Assembly: GCF_020745735.1 (NCBI RefSeq)
Contig: NC_083407.1
Location: forward strand, 34,711,857-34,775,856
Source: Hemiscyllium ocellatum
Lineage: Eukaryota
Length of the DNA: 64,000 bases
Direction: 5' to 3'
Part shown: piece after piece, positions 61,015 to 64,000 of the stretch
How positions within the stretch are numbered: position 1 is the stretch's first letter
How the letters are laid out: the number at the start of each line of letters is the position of its first letter
Translations under genes and position numbers: made by a program
Notes under the pieces: model-generated
What the model was told of the DNA's origin: nothing
Database searches by the model: none
The model's input: only the letters and a program-made list of their open reading frames with translations

Positions 61015-63702
61015 GCATAGAATCAGGAGATGTAGAGTCAGTATAGATAAAGCTGAGAAATTCTAAGGGTAGAAGGACCCTAATGGGAGTTATCTACAGG
61101 CCCCCAAACAGTAGTCTGGATGTAGGGTGTAAGTTGAATAAGAAATTGAAATTGCCCTGTCGCAAAGGTATTACTACAGTTGTTATGGGGGATTTCAACA
61201 TGCAGGTAGACTGGGAAAATCAGGATGGTACTGGACCCTAAGAAACGAGTGCCTCCGAGATGGATTCTTAGAACAGCTTGTACTGGAGCCTACCAGGGAG
61301 AAGGGCTTCCTAAAGAATGGCTTATGCCTGAAATATCGATTCTCCTGCTCCTCGAATGCTGCCTGGCCTGCTGTGTTTTTCCAGCATCACATTTTTCAAC
61401 TCTGGTCTCAGTATCTGCAGTCCTCACTTTCTCCTACCGGGGAGAAGGCAATTCTGGATCTGGCGTTGTGCAACGAACCAGATTTGATCAGGGACCTCAA
61501 GGTAAAGAAGCCATTAGGAGGTAGCGACCATAATATGATAAGTTTTAATCTGCAATTTGAGAGGGAGAAGGGAGAATTGGAAATGTTAGTACTGCAGTTG
61601 AACAAAGGGAACTATGGAGTTATGTGGGAGGAACTGGCCAAAGTTCAATGGTTCAATAACCTAGCAGGGATGGCAGTGGAACAACAATGGCAGGTATTTC
61701 TGGGTATAATGCAGAAGGTGCAGGATCACTTCATTCCAAAGAGGAAGAAAGATCCTAAGGGGAGTTAGGGGTGACTGTGGCTGATTAGGGAAGTTAATGA
61801 GTGTATAAAGATAAAAGAGAAGTATAACAAAGCAAAGATGAGCAGGAAGATGGAGGACTGGGAAACTTTTGAAGAGCAACAGAGGATAACTAAAATGGCA
61901 ATATGCAGAGTAAAAATGAGGTACAAAGGCAAATTGGCCAAAAATATAAAGGATGATAGTAAAAAGCTTTGTTAGGTATGGAAAAAGAAAAGAAATGGTT
62001 AAGACTAAAATTGGGCCCTTGAAGACAGAAATAGGTGAATTTATTCTGGGGAACAAGGAAATGGCAGAAGAGTTGAATCGGTACTTTGTATCTGTCTTCA
62101 CTGGGGAAGACACAAGCAATCTTCCAGATGTAATCGTGGCTGAAGGACCTAGGGTAATGGATGAACTGAAGAAAATTTATACTAGGCAGGAAATGGTGTT
62201 GGATAGACTATTAGGTCTAAAGACTGATAAGTCCCCGGGACGTGATGGTTTGCATCCCAGATTACTTAAGGAGGTGGCTCTAGAAATCGTGGATGCATTG
62301 GTATTCATTTTCCTATGTTCTATCGATTCAGGATCAGTTCCTGCGGATTAGAGGATGGCTAATGATGTCCCACTTTTCAAGAAGGGAGGGAGAGAGAAAA
62401 CAGGGAATTATAAACTGGTTAGCCTGACATCAGTGGTAGGAAATATGCTGGAGTCAATGGTATAAGATGAAATTACGACTCATTTGGATAGCAGTAACAG
62501 GATATGTTGCAACTGGACTTTCAGAAAACCTTTGATAAAGTCCCACAGAGGAGATTAGTGAGCAAAATTAGGGCACATGGTATTAGGGGCAAGGTACTGA
62601 CTTGGATTGAAAATTGGCTGACTGACAGGAAGCAAAGAGTAGTGATAAACGGATCCCTTTTGGAATGGCAGGCAGTGACCAGTAGGGTACCACAATGTTT
62701 GGTACTGGGACCGCAGCTGTTTACAATATACATTTATGATATAGATGAAGGCATTAAAAGGAATATTAGCAAATTTGCTGATGACACAAAGCTGGGTGGC
62801 AAGTTGAAATATGAGGAGGATGTTATGAGAATACAGGGTGACATGGTCAGACAAGGTGAGTGGCAGCTGCATGGCAGATGCAGTTTAATGTGGATAAATG
62901 TGTGGAAACACACATTTACCCACTTTGGTGGCAAGAACAGGAAGGCAGATTAGGATCTAAGTGGAGTCAAGTTAGGTAAAGGGAAAGTACAATGAGATCT
63001 AGGTGTTCTTGTACATCAGTCAATGAAAGCAAGCATGCAGGTACAGCAGGCAGTGAAGAAAGCTGGCCTTCATAACAAGAGGAATTGAGTATAGAAGCAA
63101 AGAGGTCCTTCTGCATCTGAACAGGGACCTGGTGAGACTGCACCTGGAGTATTATGTGCAGTTTTGATCTCCAAATTTGAGGAAGGACATTCTAGCTATT
63201 GAGGCAGTGCAGTGTAGGTTCATAAAGTCAATTCCCGGAATGGCGGGATTATCATATGTTGAAAGATTGGAGCGATGGGCTTGTATACACAAGAGTTTAG
63301 AAGGATGATAGGGGATCTGATTGAGACATATAAGATTATTAAAAGATTGGACACTCTGGAGTCAGGAAGCATGTTTCTGCTGATGGGTGAGTCCAGAATC
63401 GGAGGACACAGATTAAAAATAAGGGGTAGGCCATTTAGAACAGTGTTGAGAGAAACTTCTTCACCCAGAGAGTGGTGGACGTATGGAATGCTCTGTCCCA
63501 TAAGGCAGTGGAGGTCAAGTCTCTGGAAACTTTGAAGAAAGAGATGGATAGAGCTCTTAAAGATAGTGAAATCAAGGGTTATGGGGATAAGGCAGGAACA
63601 GGATACTGATTGTGGATGATCAGCCATGATCATAATGAATGGTGGTGCTGGCATGAAGGGTCAAATGGCCTACTCCTGCATCTATTGTCTATTGTCTATT
63701 GA
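61015..63702 (+). mobile_element. Long CR1 LINE ORF2 pseudogene (EN + RT) with an (attgtct)n tail
   Basis: GVIYRPP, VMGDFN, ILDLAL..GSDHN, KSPGRDGLHPRLLKE, LDFQKTFDKVP, KFADDTKLGG, GDLIETYKI; stops and frameshifts throughout. Confidence 0.93.
61305..61434 (+). mobile_element. 130-bp PLE 3'-terminal relic inserted in CR1
   Basis: TSD TACCAGGGAGAAGG / TACCGGGGAGAAGG (61291-61304 / 61435-61448); decayed hammerhead cctaaagaatggcttatgcctgaaatatcgat; tail ...ctgcagtcctcactttctcc. Confidence 0.85.
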
Positions 63703-63965
63703 GCAGTAATCCTGAGATTATTACCGTTATAGTACTGCTTTCTAATTTATCCCCAAGTTGTTTGAAATTGCTAAGCTGTTCCTCTTTCATAATCCTACCT
63801 ACTTTAGAATAGACCACAATAATTGAATTCTTTTCCACCCATTCCAAGTTCTTCTTCAGTCCAGCAGAGATGTCATAAGCCTTGGCACCAAGTAGGCAGC
63901 AGACATATGGTGACTCTGTTTTTGTTGCAGGGAACAGGGTATTTTGTCTGAGCTATCCCCTATTA
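63703..63965 (-). mobile_element. CR1 ORF1 (esterase-like) remnant
   Basis: Minus strand reads CLLGAKAYDISAGL..L...LGDKLESSTITVIISGLL. Confidence 0.55.
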
Positions 63966-64000
63966 GGTTTATATATGTCCTAAGTCCTCACACATGAATT

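Noticed and set aside
6218-61524. Recurrent small Cys-rich peptides (MPETSNFLFLGCCLTCCA...) as a peptide gene family
   Set aside because: They are translations of the PLE terminal repeat; conservation follows repeat age and RNA structure, and the frame is not maintained between copies.
5040-63702. PLEs specifically targeting CR1 elements
   Set aside because: Several PLEs lie in CR1s, but at unrelated positions, and CR1 covers a large share of the window; chance is sufficient.

Overview
Eukaryotic, AT-rich, repeat-dense genomic DNA, most likely from a shark (inferred from HE1/V-SINE-type tRNA SINEs plus abundant CR1/HER1-type LINEs). The window lies inside one giant + strand gene, an LRP1B orthologue. 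Four GT-AG exons (4516-4752, 37579-37759, 55159-55378, 56985-57183; 837 nt, phases 1-1-2-0-1) splice in frame into a YWTD beta-propeller. The rest is intron filled with decayed CR1, Rex1/Babar-like LINEs and SINEs. The unexpected layer is a dense population of Penelope-like element (PLE) relics from at least three families. Their terminal repeats carry minimal type I hammerhead ribozymes (stemI-CUGANGA-stemII-GAAA-CGUC-stemI). They show a consistent architecture: about 14-bp target duplications, inverted 5' arms that stop about 37 nt short of the 3' end, and long fold-back palindromes (one 331-bp near-perfect). The best candidate for a new system is a young 253-nt ribozyme-to-ribozyme tandem unit at 26712-27111 with a repeated deletion junction. 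It looks like a reverse-transcribed circular 'retrozyme'-type RNA derived from a PLE. Repeat boundaries were read by eye and are approximate unless a target-site duplication (TSD) is quoted.
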